This document shows positions 8,541 to 17,137 of a stretch of DNA of 49,434 nt, one piece after another (within the stretch, counting starts at the first letter, position 1; each line of letters begins with the position of its first letter). The translations under genes and the position numbers were made by a program. The notes under the pieces are model-generated. The model did not search any database. It had not been told where the DNA came from and saw only the letters and a program-made list of their open reading frames with translations. Origin of the DNA: a virus (lineage: Duplodnaviria > Caudoviricetes); IMG/VR virus record IMGVR_UViG_3300031836_000014, positions 1 through 49,434 of that record, one strand, 5' to 3'.

Positions 8541-9221
8541 TTAGATGCGGAATTTAATGCCGGGCTGGAGTGGCGTCTCGATAGCATCCGCTACAAGCCA
8601 TCCTTTACGCAGGCGATCTGCGAGAGTATGCGGCTTGAGCCCGAAAGCCCGCGCCGCCTCAGAGCAAGTGTATCGCCGGCCTAGATATTCAAAGACTAGA
8701 TTGTTTCTGCGATTACCGGCCTGCACTGACAATGGTGCCCAGCGGCAGTTGCCTGGCTCATAGTCGCCATCGTTGTCAATGCGATCAATGGAAAGCTCGG
8801 GGCTGGGCTTTCTCCCCATGTCATCAAGGAAATTTTCAAAACTGTTGCACCATCGATCGCACATCTTGATGCCGCGGCCGCCATACCCAGCGAAGTTGCT
8901 GACGCTCGGGATATAACAGCGAGCCTTCGCACTTTTCCATGCACTGTACTCTGACGTGCGCTTGCCTCCGCATGAATGACCATGCGTGGTCGTGCGATCC
9001 TGTATAACTTTAATGTTTAGGCACCCACAGCTCTTAGTGACGCCTCGCTTTAGCGATTGAAGCTCTACCGTAGCGGTGCTTCCGCAATCACAATCACATT
9101 TCACCGCTCTGCGGTAAGTGCCATTAGCAGGAACGTAATTGCCGCGTACTTCGCGTACGACGGTTAGTCGGCCGAAAACTCTTTGACCGTTAAGTAATTC
9201 TGATAAACTCTTGCGAGCCAT
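8541..9221 (-). CDS. HNH homing endonuclease
   Basis: FGRLTV...CDCDCG...SCGC...THG...YGGRGIKMCDRW...SIDRIDNDGDYEPGNCRWA. Confidence 0.88.
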   Translation of the reverse strand: MARKSLSELLNGQRVFGRLTVVREVRGNYVPANGTYRRAVKCDCDCGSTATVELQSLKRGVTKSCGCLNIKVIQDRTTTHGHSCGGKRTSEYSAWKSAKARCYIPSVSNFAGYGGRGIKMCDRWCNSFENFLDDMGRKPSPELSIDRIDNDGDYEPGNCRWAPLSVQAGNRRNNLVFEYLGRRYTCSEAARAFGLKPHTLADRLRKGWLVADAIETPLQPGIKFRI

Positions 9222-9251
9222 GCTGGCACCTCACTTGTGCTGATTTGGTTA

Positions 9252-9297
9252 GGGCTGCGAGCGTGTTGAAGCACGAGCGCAGCCCGCTTATTATACC
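9252..9297 (-). promoter_or_regulatory. TATAAT box and leader hairpin upstream of the HNH gene
   Basis: - strand GTATAAT followed by a GGGCTGCG...CGCAGCCC stem-loop, then a GAGGTG RBS. Confidence 0.5.
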
Positions 9298-9310
9298 CTC
9301 CCCGCCGCGT

Positions 9311-10645
9311 TCATACATCCTCCAGCGGATCAGGAAGATCCTCTTTTTTCGTAATCCCGAAATCTTCCATAGCCTTCTCAAGCCCTGGCAAGTCGCCGGC
9401 TTCAATGAATGCGTTGATTAGGCTCTCAGACAGCGCCTCAATCGGAATCAGCGCGTCACCCATGCCGGCGGTTCCAGCCAACACTCGGGCCGCGTCGGCC
9501 TTAACTTTGAATATCTCGGCCTTTTCCTTGTCACTCATCTGCCAGAGCGGGCGGAAACTAAACCAACAATCGTCTGGATATTCGCCAAGGGCAGAGCGCA
9601 CAACCAGCCTCAGCAGCTTTTCAAGAGGCTCTCGCAGCGTCAGCTCTTGTTCTGCGCCAATGCGGTTGTAGTAGTTCTTCTCGTCGCCCTCGCCGGTGCT
9701 AGACATCCCTGCTGGGCTTTGCCCAAGAAAACGGGTCGCGGGTATGTCAGCGGCTCCAGAGACGATCTGAAGCTGCAAGCGCTGAATCTCAGGGAGTTGT
9801 GCAAAGTTGATCGTTTTCTGGTGGTATTCGTCTTCCTTGTCCAGAACCACGGCATTCACCGTCGATTTCATGCTCTGAACCAGGGAGAACCGCTCCTTCA
9901 CAGCCTCCTTGTACGCTTCCGACTCCATTCCGCGCATAAAGCCGTCGATCTTGAACACGTCCACCTTGGCCTCTTGCACCAAAGCGGCTATACCCTGCTG
10001 GCCGGCCGTGGCGTCACGAATGGCAATCTCAATCGAATCCAGAATGCTGTCGCCCCAGCGATCAACCAGAACCTCCCAGTCAGTGGGCAGTTCGGCGCCG
10101 ATGAATCGAATAACGCGGGAAGGGTGAATTCTGACTGTGCCGGTCGCTGCGCTCACCAGGTCGTAGTAAGTGGGCTCCATGTAGGCCGGTGACATGGGGT
10201 CATAGTCGAGAAGACCGCTGGTCAAGTGGTAGCGGTCCATGACCTTAATAAACGCCAAGCCGCCTTTTCCGATTGCTCGCGGGTTGAGAGGCTGAGAGTG
10301 ATCCTCTGATCCGTCGCTGATCAGAATGGCAGAGCCGCCGTACAGTCGGGCTTGCTTAAGTGCGGACAGCACATTCTTTCGAACGCCGAGCCGTTTCTCT
10401 TCTGCCTCAATTGCTGAAATCTGCTTTTTGTCGCATTGCCAGGCCCAGCCCTCGCGCATCATGTCAAACGCGGGGATATCCACGGCCTTGCGACACATCC
10501 AGTTTGAGCGGTACGCCGCCTCTACTTGCTGCCGGCTCAGCGGTTGAAAGTTCCACGACCCGTGCGCCGCTTTGTCACGATCACTGCCAAGTCCGGACAG
10601 GGCGTTCACCAGGCCGCGTGATACGTCAGCAAAAAAGTTGTTCAT
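9311..10645 (-). CDS. Portal protein (DUF1073 family)
   Basis: Start MNNFFAD at 10645 (ATGA overlap with terL); AYRSNWM.RKAVDIPA.DMMREG, ARLYGG, IHPSRV, ADIPATRFLGQSPAG.S.TGE.D..NYY. Confidence 0.9.
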   Translation of the reverse strand: MNNFFADVSRGLVNALSGLGSDRDKAAHGSWNFQPLSRQQVEAAYRSNWMCRKAVDIPAFDMMREGWAWQCDKKQISAIEAEEKRLGVRKNVLSALKQARLYGGSAILISDGSEDHSQPLNPRAIGKGGLAFIKVMDRYHLTSGLLDYDPMSPAYMEPTYYDLVSAATGTVRIHPSRVIRFIGAELPTDWEVLVDRWGDSILDSIEIAIRDATAGQQGIAALVQEAKVDVFKIDGFMRGMESEAYKEAVKERFSLVQSMKSTVNAVVLDKEDEYHQKTINFAQLPEIQRLQLQIVSGAADIPATRFLGQSPAGMSSTGEGDEKNYYNRIGAEQELTLREPLEKLLRLVVRSALGEYPDDCWFSFRPLWQMSDKEKAEIFKVKADAARVLAGTAGMGDALIPIEALSESLINAFIEAGDLPGLEKAMEDFGITKKEDLPDPLEDV

Positions 10646-11850
10646 GAGTAAACCGCCATCATGTCGTAGCCTTTGTTTCGGATTAGTGGAGACAGGGCGT
10701 AGCGGACGGCATCCCATCTGTGATTGTGGTTGTCGCCTATCTTGGGCAGTATATCGCCAGACCTTTTGTCAATTTTGTAGCTGTACAGCCGGGCCTCTTC
10801 CTGCATCGCCTTGCATCGCGTATGAATAACGATTTCGTCATACGTTTTTATGTGCTCCACCCCATCCTCAACGCTGCCCGGCCATTTCTCGACGCCGATT
10901 ACGTTTGGCATCCCGTGGCGCCGCAGGTAGCTGATAGATTCCGGCCTGGCTGAGTCCGCCCGCGTAACGTGTTTGTGCGCGTCAGGGTCGTGATCCGCTA
11001 TGTAACGCGTTGTATCGTCAAGCTCTAAACCGACGCGCCCGCAGTCCTGATCTATGTAGAGGGTGTTCTCGTTAATCCAGCAGCGAACGTAAGCGGTTGG
11101 GTCTGCGCTAAACCCAAAATCCAAACCCTGATAGGGTCCGTCCCAGCCTGTCCCAGGCTCGAATTCATCAACGCGCCAGTTTTTGAAGATTTGCGATTCT
11201 GACTTTGTGTTATACCCGCCCAGCCAAATGTGGGCGTAGCGTTCGTAATCAACGCGCCGCTGCCATTCGGCCAGCTTTATCATTTCCTCCGGGCACCACG
11301 GGTTATCGTCGTAATTGACGTGGACCAGAATTGCGTCGGGGTTGTCTTTAAAAAGGGTTTCAACGGCGTTATCAGGCTGTTCAGGGTTCCAGCTAAACCA
11401 CAACTCAGAGCCAGGCTTTCGGATTGTCGGTACCAGCAGCTCAATAGACCGGTGGCTCAGGCTTTGCGACTCCTCGCACCACGCCCTGTCGAATCCCTCA
11501 AGCGACTTAATGGAATCGGCAGTGTGATCCATCATGCCCTGAAATATGATGATTCCATGCCCGCCTATGCGGCGTATTTCGGTCAGCGTTATATCAAACA
11601 GGTAAGCAACACCCATGGCCCGAATCTTGTCTTCGACCAGTTTTTTTGCCGAAAACTTGAGAGACTTTTGCACCTCTCGAACGCACACGGATTGCTGATC
11701 TGGGTTGTAAACGTGTTCTTCAACCAGCAGCTCGGCCATAAAGTGCGATTTTCCGCTAGACCTGCCGCCTCTGGCGCCTTTGATTCGGCTTGGCTTTAGT
11801 AGCGGGACCGCCCATCTAGGCGTTTGAATTTGCAGGGTCGATAATGACAC
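10642..11850 (-). CDS. terL: Terminase large subunit (PBSX family)
   Basis: Walker A GGRSSGKS, IKSLEG, WCEE Walker B, WNP, GLDFGF..DP, DSARPE, D..NH.WDAVRYAL nuclease motif. Confidence 0.95.
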   Translation of the reverse strand: MSLSTLQIQTPRWAVPLLKPSRIKGARGGRSSGKSHFMAELLVEEHVYNPDQQSVCVREVQKSLKFSAKKLVEDKIRAMGVAYLFDITLTEIRRIGGHGIIIFQGMMDHTADSIKSLEGFDRAWCEESQSLSHRSIELLVPTIRKPGSELWFSWNPEQPDNAVETLFKDNPDAILVHVNYDDNPWCPEEMIKLAEWQRRVDYERYAHIWLGGYNTKSESQIFKNWRVDEFEPGTGWDGPYQGLDFGFSADPTAYVRCWINENTLYIDQDCGRVGLELDDTTRYIADHDPDAHKHVTRADSARPESISYLRRHGMPNVIGVEKWPGSVEDGVEHIKTYDEIVIHTRCKAMQEEARLYSYKIDKRSGDILPKIGDNHNHRWDAVRYALSPLIRNKGYDMMAVYS

Positions 11851-12313
11851 GCTCGATTCTGCCTATGGTTTCGCCGTTGCTGGTGTGGTCTACCTTGTCC
11901 GTGAATAGCTTCAAATGCCGACCTAAAAGCTCATAGCCTTTAAAGACGTTTGTGGCGTCATACTTATAGGCCGGGGCAACCTCTCCATCTTCTGTCTCAA
12001 TCATTACCAGTTCGCCGGAGCGATCTCTAACCGGCTCGCCTTGCTCGCATCGACTGATGTTTTTTGCAATGCCGTTAATCACGAAATCTGCATCAATCTC
12101 TGTGCGCTCTGAACGCTCGATCATGGCTTCCTGAATGGCGGCCTGAATGCTTACTTTTGCTAATAGTTGTGCCGCCTTGCTGTTGGCGCCTTTCGGGCTA
12201 TACCCAGCCCTGATTGCCGCCTGAGTCGCATTTAAATCACAGAGATATTCATCGACAAATCTTGATTGCCTGGGCGTTAGCTTTCTCGGCTTGTCTTGAC
12301 TCTTATCGCCCAC
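11816..12313 (-). CDS. terS: Terminase small subunit
   Basis: Likely GTG start at 12313 (GGAG RBS); LTPRQSRFVDEYL.DLNATQAAIRAGYS, ELLGRHL.LFTDK. Confidence 0.92.
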   Translation of the reverse strand: MGDKSQDKPRKLTPRQSRFVDEYLCDLNATQAAIRAGYSPKGANSKAAQLLAKVSIQAAIQEAMIERSERTEIDADFVINGIAKNISRCEQGEPVRDRSGELVMIETEDGEVAPAYKYDATNVFKGYELLGRHLKLFTDKVDHTSNGETIGRIERVIIDPANSNA

Positions 12314-12317
12314 GATC

Positions 12318-12434
12318 TCAACTCCACCAATTGTTTTCCATATTACGCAACGATCCAGTGTCCGGCGATGCCCCCACCGCCACCTGCAACGTCCCCGTTG
12401 CGGCAATGCTCTTTGGGCCGTTAGATGTAGCCAT
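12318..12434 (-). CDS. Small hypothetical ORF (38 aa), possibly a remnant
   Basis: ATG coupled by TAATG to the o-spanin stop; MATSNGPKSIAATG...NNWWS. Confidence 0.3.
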   Translation of the reverse strand: MATSNGPKSIAATGTLQVAVGASPDTGSLRNMENNWWS

Positions 12435-12682
12435 TATTGAACTCCGAGGGCGTCAATCAAGCCGTTCAGCTGAATCGCGCATTCTTGATATTGATAAGCC
12501 CAGGCTCGCATGGTCAGAACCACATCTTCACCGGTCCCGCTCGTCAGCAGCGGTAGAGTCTCCGGCACTTTTACTGTCAGATTTGCTGGCAGAATGACCT
12601 TGGGCGATATTGTTGAGCATCCGAAAAGAGTCGCTGTCAGAAGGAATGCACACGTTCTTAAAAGTGGTCGTCTGAATCTCAC
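12434..12682 (-). CDS. Outer-membrane spanin (Rz1-like lipoprotein)
   Basis: LLTATLFGC lipobox, Pro-rich, W..QY.EC...NGLI; overlaps the 3' end of the i-spanin. Confidence 0.8.
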   Translation of the reverse strand: MRFRRPLLRTCAFLLTATLFGCSTISPKVILPANLTVKVPETLPLLTSGTGEDVVLTMRAWAYQYQECAIQLNGLIDALGVQ

Positions 12683-12914
12683 GAATCACCCCTCGGTCAA
12701 TTACTCTTTCGCTGCCCCTGAACTCTCTGAGGCGCTTTTCAACCAGACTGGCTATATCGGCCTGGCTCGCTCTGATCTCGTCTGCCAGCGCTTGCTGTGC
12801 GGTGACTGCGATTAGTTGTTTGCTGTCCTCAAACCATCCCCTGGCCATCCAGCTGCCTGCCGAGATAGAGGCAACGGCTACGAGAATGATTGCGGGCTTG
12901 GCGTAAGGGATCAT
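12528..12914 (-). CDS. Inner-membrane spanin (Rz-like)
   Basis: N-terminal TM helix, coiled coil, C-terminal Cys (NVCIP). Confidence 0.8.
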   Translation of the reverse strand: MIPYAKPAIILVAVASISAGSWMARGWFEDSKQLIAVTAQQALADEIRASQADIASLVEKRLREFRGSERVIDRGVIREIQTTTFKNVCIPSDSDSFRMLNNIAQGHSASKSDSKSAGDSTAADERDR

Positions 12915-13129
12915 GTTCGGCCTTTAACGGCTTCGACTGCATTGCCGCCGTAGTAGTACAAGAGGTTGGCTGAGAATACCCATGCTAAGGTCTGGGCCAG
13001 CGGCACCAGTTCAGCGTTGATTGAGCCAAGCATCATTTGAGCGAGAATGACGTATAAGCCGAGCAGGCTGGCGTAGGCCATCATTCGGCGGTGAAACCAC
13101 CACTGGTTAGGATTTGGGTGATCGCTCAC
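12911..13129 (-). CDS. Putative holin (2 TM helices)
   Basis: 72 aa, two hydrophobic segments, YYGG near the C-terminus; inside the lysis cassette. Confidence 0.6.
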   Translation of the reverse strand: MSDHPNPNQWWFHRRMMAYASLLGLYVILAQMMLGSINAELVPLAQTLAWVFSANLLYYYGGNAVEAVKGRT

Positions 13130-13515
13130 CTCGACTCCTCATTGTTCATCCTGCGCTTTAATATCTCAATCTCGGCCTGCATTCCGGTCATTCTTGCGTT
13201 GCACTCGTCACGCTCTGTCTGCATTGACTTTCGGTGATCTTCAGCTTGCAGCTTCATCATCGCGTCCAGATTTAGAACCAGGCCGTTCAGCCGGCCAATT
13301 TCCGCTGCCAGATGCTGGGCAAGCATGTTTTCGCGCTCTGCAAGATCGGTATCGCGGGACGTGTTTCGAAGAAATAGAATCTTTACGAATCCAACTGCAG
13401 AAAAACACGCAGCGGTGAATACCGCGCCAAGAAAGGCCCAGAATCCGTTACCGTTTGCTAATTGGCTGGTTAAGGTGCTCCAGGGCATTCGGAAGTCTCG
13501 GCTTGGTGAGTTCAC
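13126..13515 (-). CDS. Membrane-anchored coiled-coil lysis protein (holin/antiholin-like)
   Basis: One TM segment (FWAFLGAVFTAACFSAVGFV) then coiled coil; between endolysin and holin. Confidence 0.55.
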   Translation of the reverse strand: MNSPSRDFRMPWSTLTSQLANGNGFWAFLGAVFTAACFSAVGFVKILFLRNTSRDTDLAERENMLAQHLAAEIGRLNGLVLNLDAMMKLQAEDHRKSMQTERDECNARMTGMQAEIEILKRRMNNEESR

Positions 13516-13517
13516 GG

Positions 13518-14063
13518 TTACAGGTTGACGCGGTGATCAAGCCAGCCGAACACGAACGACTCATTGCGCTCACGGCTTTCTGAAAGCTCGATGTAGCGGC
13601 CGCCTTGCAGACAGTTCAGGGCCTTTAGGAGTACCGCTTGCCCCCTACTCTGGCGCTTGTCCAGGAAGTCTTTTAGGGCCGACAGCGTTGCATTCCCAAC
13701 CAAGCCATCAACAGTGATATCGCTGTAGTGCGTGCCTTGATTGTTCAATGCGTTAAGGCTGCGCTGCAGGAATATGCCGGGCCAAGCAATGCCCATGTTT
13801 ACACCGGTATCCAGAAGCTCTTCGGCGATGGCTTGGTCGATCATTGCTACCCGGTCAAAGTTCGGGACTGACCAGTATTGTTCTTTGTAGATTGAGACCG
13901 CCAGAGTTCTTGGCATGTGCCGCATAGGGCCGTCGAAGCCATGCAGCCGGGCCACCTTCTCGGTGATGCCGTACATGGTGGGGCCACCCTTGTCGTTAGG
14001 GTGATCGACAAACGCGCCCTCCCGCTCGATCAGCTCATCAATGATTTGATTGAGTCGAACCAT
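13518..14063 (-). CDS. Endolysin, glycoside hydrolase family 108 with peptidoglycan-binding domain
   Basis: Start MVRLNQ at 14063; REG.FVDHPNDKGGPT.YGIT, DTGVNMG, LQRSLN, VDGLVGNATL, ESFVFGW. Confidence 0.92.
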   Translation of the reverse strand: MVRLNQIIDELIEREGAFVDHPNDKGGPTMYGITEKVARLHGFDGPMRHMPRTLAVSIYKEQYWSVPNFDRVAMIDQAIAEELLDTGVNMGIAWPGIFLQRSLNALNNQGTHYSDITVDGLVGNATLSALKDFLDKRQSRGQAVLLKALNCLQGGRYIELSESRERNESFVFGWLDHRVNL

Positions 14064-14209
14064 GACGAGCTCCGGAATAAAAAAAACCGCACAAGGCGGC
14101 AAAGGTGCGGCGTAGCAGACCGCTAGGATGTGGGGCTATTGCGCTGTAAAGAGTTCGCCAGTCTCACCGTGAGCATGGAATAGGCCGCTCAACGTCGTAT
14201 GGCCAGACA

Positions 14210-14243
14210 CAAAAAACCCGCCAGATTAGTGTCTGCGGGCTTT
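14210..14243 (-). terminator. Terminator in the late leader (tR'-like)
   Basis: - strand CCCGC...GCGGG stem followed by T6; a second GCCGC/GCGG-T-run element at about 14079-14100. Confidence 0.55.
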
Positions 14244-14291
14244 GGTGGCTCTTTCGAGCAAGTGCAGATAGTGTGCTCCACAATAAGAAAG

Positions 14292-14324
14292 CTGTCAATA
14301 CTTACAGGCTGTATGAATTAACAG
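14292..14324. promoter_or_regulatory. Two tandem LexA (SOS) boxes overlapping the putative late promoter -35
   Basis: CTGT-CAATACTT-ACAG (14292-14307) and CTGT-ATGAATTA-ACAG (14309-14324); TTGACA on the - strand at 14298-14293. Confidence 0.7.
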
Positions 14325-14335
14325 GTAAATACTTG

Positions 14336-14364
14336 TTGACGTAAGCAGCTTACTGGCTTACATT
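14336..14364 (+). promoter_or_regulatory. Sigma70 promoter with palindromic operator driving a three-gene + strand insert
   Basis: TTGACG-17 bp-TACATT; perfect inverted repeat GTAAGC-A-GCTTAC at 14341-14353. Confidence 0.7.
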
Positions 14365-14404
14365 AGAGCTATAGAGTTAAACAACCAAACGGAAGGAAAG
14401 CGAG

Positions 14405-14560
14405 ATGGGCAACATTAGCCAGAAAGACCTACAGCGCGGAATAGAAGCAACCAAAGTGACAGCCGAAACCCACCGTCGTTTGGGCTGGTCGTTTTCTCCA
14501 CCTGCCTTCGCTTGCGAACAAATCCGTACAGCTTACAAGCAAGCGTACTGCAGCCTCTAA
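14405..14560 (+). CDS. Small hypothetical protein (51 aa)
   Basis: AAGGA RBS; MGNISQKDLQRGIEATK...YKQAYCSL; followed by CCTGGCCC-TTCG-GGGCCAGG hairpin. Confidence 0.55.
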   Translation: MGNISQKDLQRGIEATKVTAETHRRLGWSFSPPAFACEQIRTAYKQAYCSL

Positions 14561-14607
14561 GACCACCTGGCCCTTCGGGGCCAGGCACCAAACTAAAGGA
14601 AATCAAG

Positions 14608-14853
14608 ATGAGCACATTTACTATTAACTCCAAAGATCACGGCGAAATCAGCTTTTTCATGCAGGGCGCCGAATCCGACGAGAGCCACTACGTTTTTCTT
14701 GGCAGCTCGTCACTCGGCCAGCAGCTTTGCAGTGGCGGAAAGCTCGGGGGCTCAACCATCACGGCCACGCCTGAGACGTTTGAAAGCGTCTGCCGCAAGT
14801 GGCACAAGCAGCGCCTAGAAATCGTCAAGGAACATGGAGAAAGCTACGCATGA
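14608..14853 (+). CDS. Hypothetical protein (81 aa)
   Basis: AAGGA RBS, start MSTFTINSKD; QLCSGG.LGGSTI motif. Confidence 0.7.
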   Translation: MSTFTINSKDHGEISFFMQGAESDESHYVFLGSSSLGQQLCSGGKLGGSTITATPETFESVCRKWHKQRLEIVKEHGESYA

Positions 14854-15020
14854 TTACGCAGACCACAGCGCAGCGAGTAAGCGCAATGCGCAAACGTAAC
14901 AACTCCAAAACCCTGAGCGTCAGCGGCGAAGCGGCGAGGGCGATTGCCGATTACCAGCAGCGCCACAGCTTACCAAATCGATCAGACGCCATTCTTCACG
15001 CCATCAATGCCGCTACCTAA
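14850..15020 (+). CDS. Small DNA-binding protein, ribbon-helix-helix-like
   Basis: ATGA-coupled; basic N-terminus, KTLSVS strand then two helices (AARAIADYQ, NRSDAILHAI). Confidence 0.55.
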   Translation: MITQTTAQRVSAMRKRNNSKTLSVSGEAARAIADYQQRHSLPNRSDAILHAINAAT

Positions 15021-15511
15021 GCGGCTTTTTTCTGCACTCCCGCCATCAACCCCTCAAGCCGCGAATACGCACTGCTCACCCGCTGCACGAACGCACCCAC
15101 GCTACACCCCGCTTCATGAGCACACGCGGCGTCATCCCATAAAATATACACCGGCTTATCTTTCTCAAACGGATCAATGGCCTTCGCTTTCGTGCGCCCC
15201 CTGAATGCCCTATCAAGTACAAGCGCCTGCCTCTGCTCCGGCTTTAGCCCCCCCATCAAATCCTGAGCTTGCGCGAAGTCCTCCGGCCACTTTTGCATCC
15301 GGTCACAGATGCCGGGCATTTTATCGATGCCGTAGAAGCCGGATGATTGCGGTATCTCGCCCTCGAAATCGGCTATCTTTCCACTTACACCAATGCCCTG
15401 CCATGCCAGATCCTGCTCACAGGCCAGAGCCACAACGATAAACCGATCCACCACTTTCTCCGCCTTCACCCTTGCCGCCCTGCTTTCCGGTGTGCGCTCA
15501 GTCATCGCCAT
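15017..15511 (-). CDS. Putative late antiterminator (Q-like)
   Basis: Last early gene before the late promoter and lysis genes; C-terminal HTH-like CAHEAGCSVGAFVQRVSSAYSRL. Confidence 0.55.
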   Translation of the reverse strand: MAMTERTPESRAARVKAEKVVDRFIVVALACEQDLAWQGIGVSGKIADFEGEIPQSSGFYGIDKMPGICDRMQKWPEDFAQAQDLMGGLKPEQRQALVLDRAFRGRTKAKAIDPFEKDKPVYILWDDAACAHEAGCSVGAFVQRVSSAYSRLEGLMAGVQKKAA

Positions 15512-15513
15512 AA

Positions 15514-15777
15514 TCAGCCCCTTAAACGATTAAAAATCCCACGTATCGCCATTTCCTCACCCTGCCCTTTCAGCCAGTCATTCAACTCCTGCCGACTTAT
15601 CTCCTTCGCCTGAAACCCCGCCCACTTTTCATGCGCCACCCTCTGCCAGTCCGGCATATCGAAACCCTCAAACCTCTTGCCGAATCGGTCGCGACAACTG
15701 CGAGTTGCTTCGGCCAAGGTTTCGCCGGTGAGCATCGGAAATGACTTGCCGGCGACGATTGCAATTAGTCCGATCAC
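15514..15777 (-). CDS. Hypothetical protein
   Basis: 87 aa ORF coupled by overlap in the nin region. Confidence 0.6.
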   Translation of the reverse strand: MIGLIAIVAGKSFPMLTGETLAEATRSCRDRFGKRFEGFDMPDWQRVAHEKWAGFQAKEISRQELNDWLKGQGEEMAIRGIFNRLRG

Positions 15778-15977
15778 CGCTTATCCCACTGCTTGCGGCT
15801 CTTGCCTTTCCCTCGGTTTTTGCCTGGGCCTTCATTCAAGTCAATAAGAATATCGGAGCATTCAATAGATCCTGCTAACGCAATTGCCAGGGCAGTCTCG
15901 CCTAGCCGGCGCTCATACTGAGCCTGCGATTGATAGCTGATCTTTATGCGTGCTGGTAACTCACTCCATGGGTTCAT
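15774..15977 (-). CDS. Hypothetical protein
   Basis: 67 aa ORF with ATGA overlaps. Confidence 0.55.
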   Translation of the reverse strand: MNPWSELPARIKISYQSQAQYERRLGETALAIALAGSIECSDILIDLNEGPGKNRGKGKSRKQWDKR

Positions 15978-16570
15978 GCCGCCTCCCGTTGCTTCAGTAG
16001 CTCCCGCGCTCTAGCTCGATACTCCGCTGCCATTAGCTTCATTTCTTCGGCAGTGTATTTCTTAGCTTCATTTGGCCCCTCTAGGCGATCAACTTCTGCC
16101 TGTCCGATTTTCTCAATCAGCCTTTCTCTATACTCCTCGCTAACCGTGCGCCTTTTCCCGGCATACTTTCCTTCGCCTGCGTTACATGACTTGAGCTGTT
16201 TGTGACAATTAGCCTCGTCAAACCTATACTCAGGATGGCTGCCAACTGAGAGGTAATGCCCTGCATCCCATTGCCCTCCTACTTTCCAGAACTCGTCATC
16301 TCCCCACTGCCCGCAGCAAATACAGGGCAAGTGCAAATCGCGGTTGCGTATAAACTTGTTGAAGTCACGCTGGCAGTCCTTCTCATAATCACGGCGCGTT
16401 TTAAGCCGCTCTTTCTGCTGCTTCACCCATTGCCGCGATTCTTTGACCACCTTGGCCGCTTTGCGCTCGTTGTCCTGCTTAACCAATGCCAGTGCACAGG
16501 TTGGACCGCAGGCGCGCTGTAGGCTGTTGTGGGGCTCGTATGGAGACTTGCAGATTCGGCACTTTCTCAT
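15974..16570 (-). CDS. ninG: NinG/Rap recombination endonuclease
   Basis: Start MRKCRICK at 16570; Q..FNKFIR.RD...PCICCG, WDAGHY.SVG, RFDE.NCHKQ...CN, YR.RLIEKIG...V..LEG. Confidence 0.88.
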   Translation of the reverse strand: MRKCRICKSPYEPHNSLQRACGPTCALALVKQDNERKAAKVVKESRQWVKQQKERLKTRRDYEKDCQRDFNKFIRNRDLHLPCICCGQWGDDEFWKVGGQWDAGHYLSVGSHPEYRFDEANCHKQLKSCNAGEGKYAGKRRTVSEEYRERLIEKIGQAEVDRLEGPNEAKKYTAEEMKLMAAEYRARARELLKQREAA

Positions 16571-16719
16571 CCGGCAGCCCCTCCAACAATTGATGCAGCG
16601 GCGGAAATCGCAGCCACGGCGAATATTGATGCAGATAGAAAATTCCGCGCCCGAATATCGTAGCCAACCATTCCGCAGGTAAAAGCGAGTGCAAATATCG
16701 GCGCATATAAAATAATCAT
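16567..16719 (-). CDS. Small membrane protein (50 aa)
   Basis: MIILYAPIFALAFTCGMVG...IFAVAAISAAASIVGGAAG; ATGA overlaps on both sides. Confidence 0.55.
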   Translation of the reverse strand: MIILYAPIFALAFTCGMVGYDIRARNFLSASIFAVAAISAAASIVGGAAG

Positions 16720-16940
16720 TCCACCCCCTCCACTTCATCCAAAGCCGCCATCGCGTAATGCCTGAAAGTCAAATCCACTGCCCGACTCCGGCCCACGTCC
16801 GAACACTTGATCTTGCCGCCCAATGCCAGAAACTCCGCCGTCTGTGCTTCGATCTTCGCGGATTCGTGGCGCTTTGCTGAGTTGCTGCGCATTGAGATGT
16901 TGACGGGCTGGTATCTGCGCTTTAATTCGTTTTTGGTCAT
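16716..16940 (-). CDS. SutA RNAP-binding-domain-like small protein
   Basis: AKRHESAKIEAQTAEFLALGGKIK resembles the EEFL.RGGKV segment of Pseudomonas SutA (from memory). Confidence 0.5.
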   Translation of the reverse strand: MTKNELKRRYQPVNISMRSNSAKRHESAKIEAQTAEFLALGGKIKCSDVGRSRAVDLTFRHYAMAALDEVEGVE

Positions 16941-17137
16941 GCCCTTTCACCTCTGCCAATAAACCAGCTCAACGCCCTATCCAGCGCCGGCACCGCCCAC
17001 CATTCGACAATTTCTCGGTTGCACTCGCGGTCCTGGTAAAACTCTGGTCCGCAGTACCGGTGCCAGGTCATATACACGTAGCCGCCATCGTCGGTGCGTA
17101 ACCGGTGAGGGATTGAAAAGCTCATGTGGATAATCAT
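16937..17137 (-). CDS. Hypothetical protein (66 aa)
   Basis: ATGA-coupled start MIIHMSFS; WHRYCGPEF motif. Confidence 0.55.
   Translation of the reverse strand: MIIHMSFSIPHRLRTDDGGYVYMTWHRYCGPEFYQDRECNREIVEWWAVPALDRALSWFIGRGERA

Noticed and set aside
9311-10645. Anti-CBASS Acb1 (a label sometimes given to DUF1073 proteins)
   Set aside because: Position after terL, size and motifs indicate a portal; no HxT phosphodiesterase motif pair was seen.
14100-14290. tRNA genes in the late leader, as in some lambdoid phages
   Set aside because: No cloverleaf, T-loop GTTCGA in context or CCA end could be built; only terminator-like hairpins.
15974-16738. 254-aa extended NinG as given in the track
   Set aside because: The upstream extension overlaps a coupled small membrane ORF (16567-16719); the family N-terminus starts at MRKCRIC (16570).
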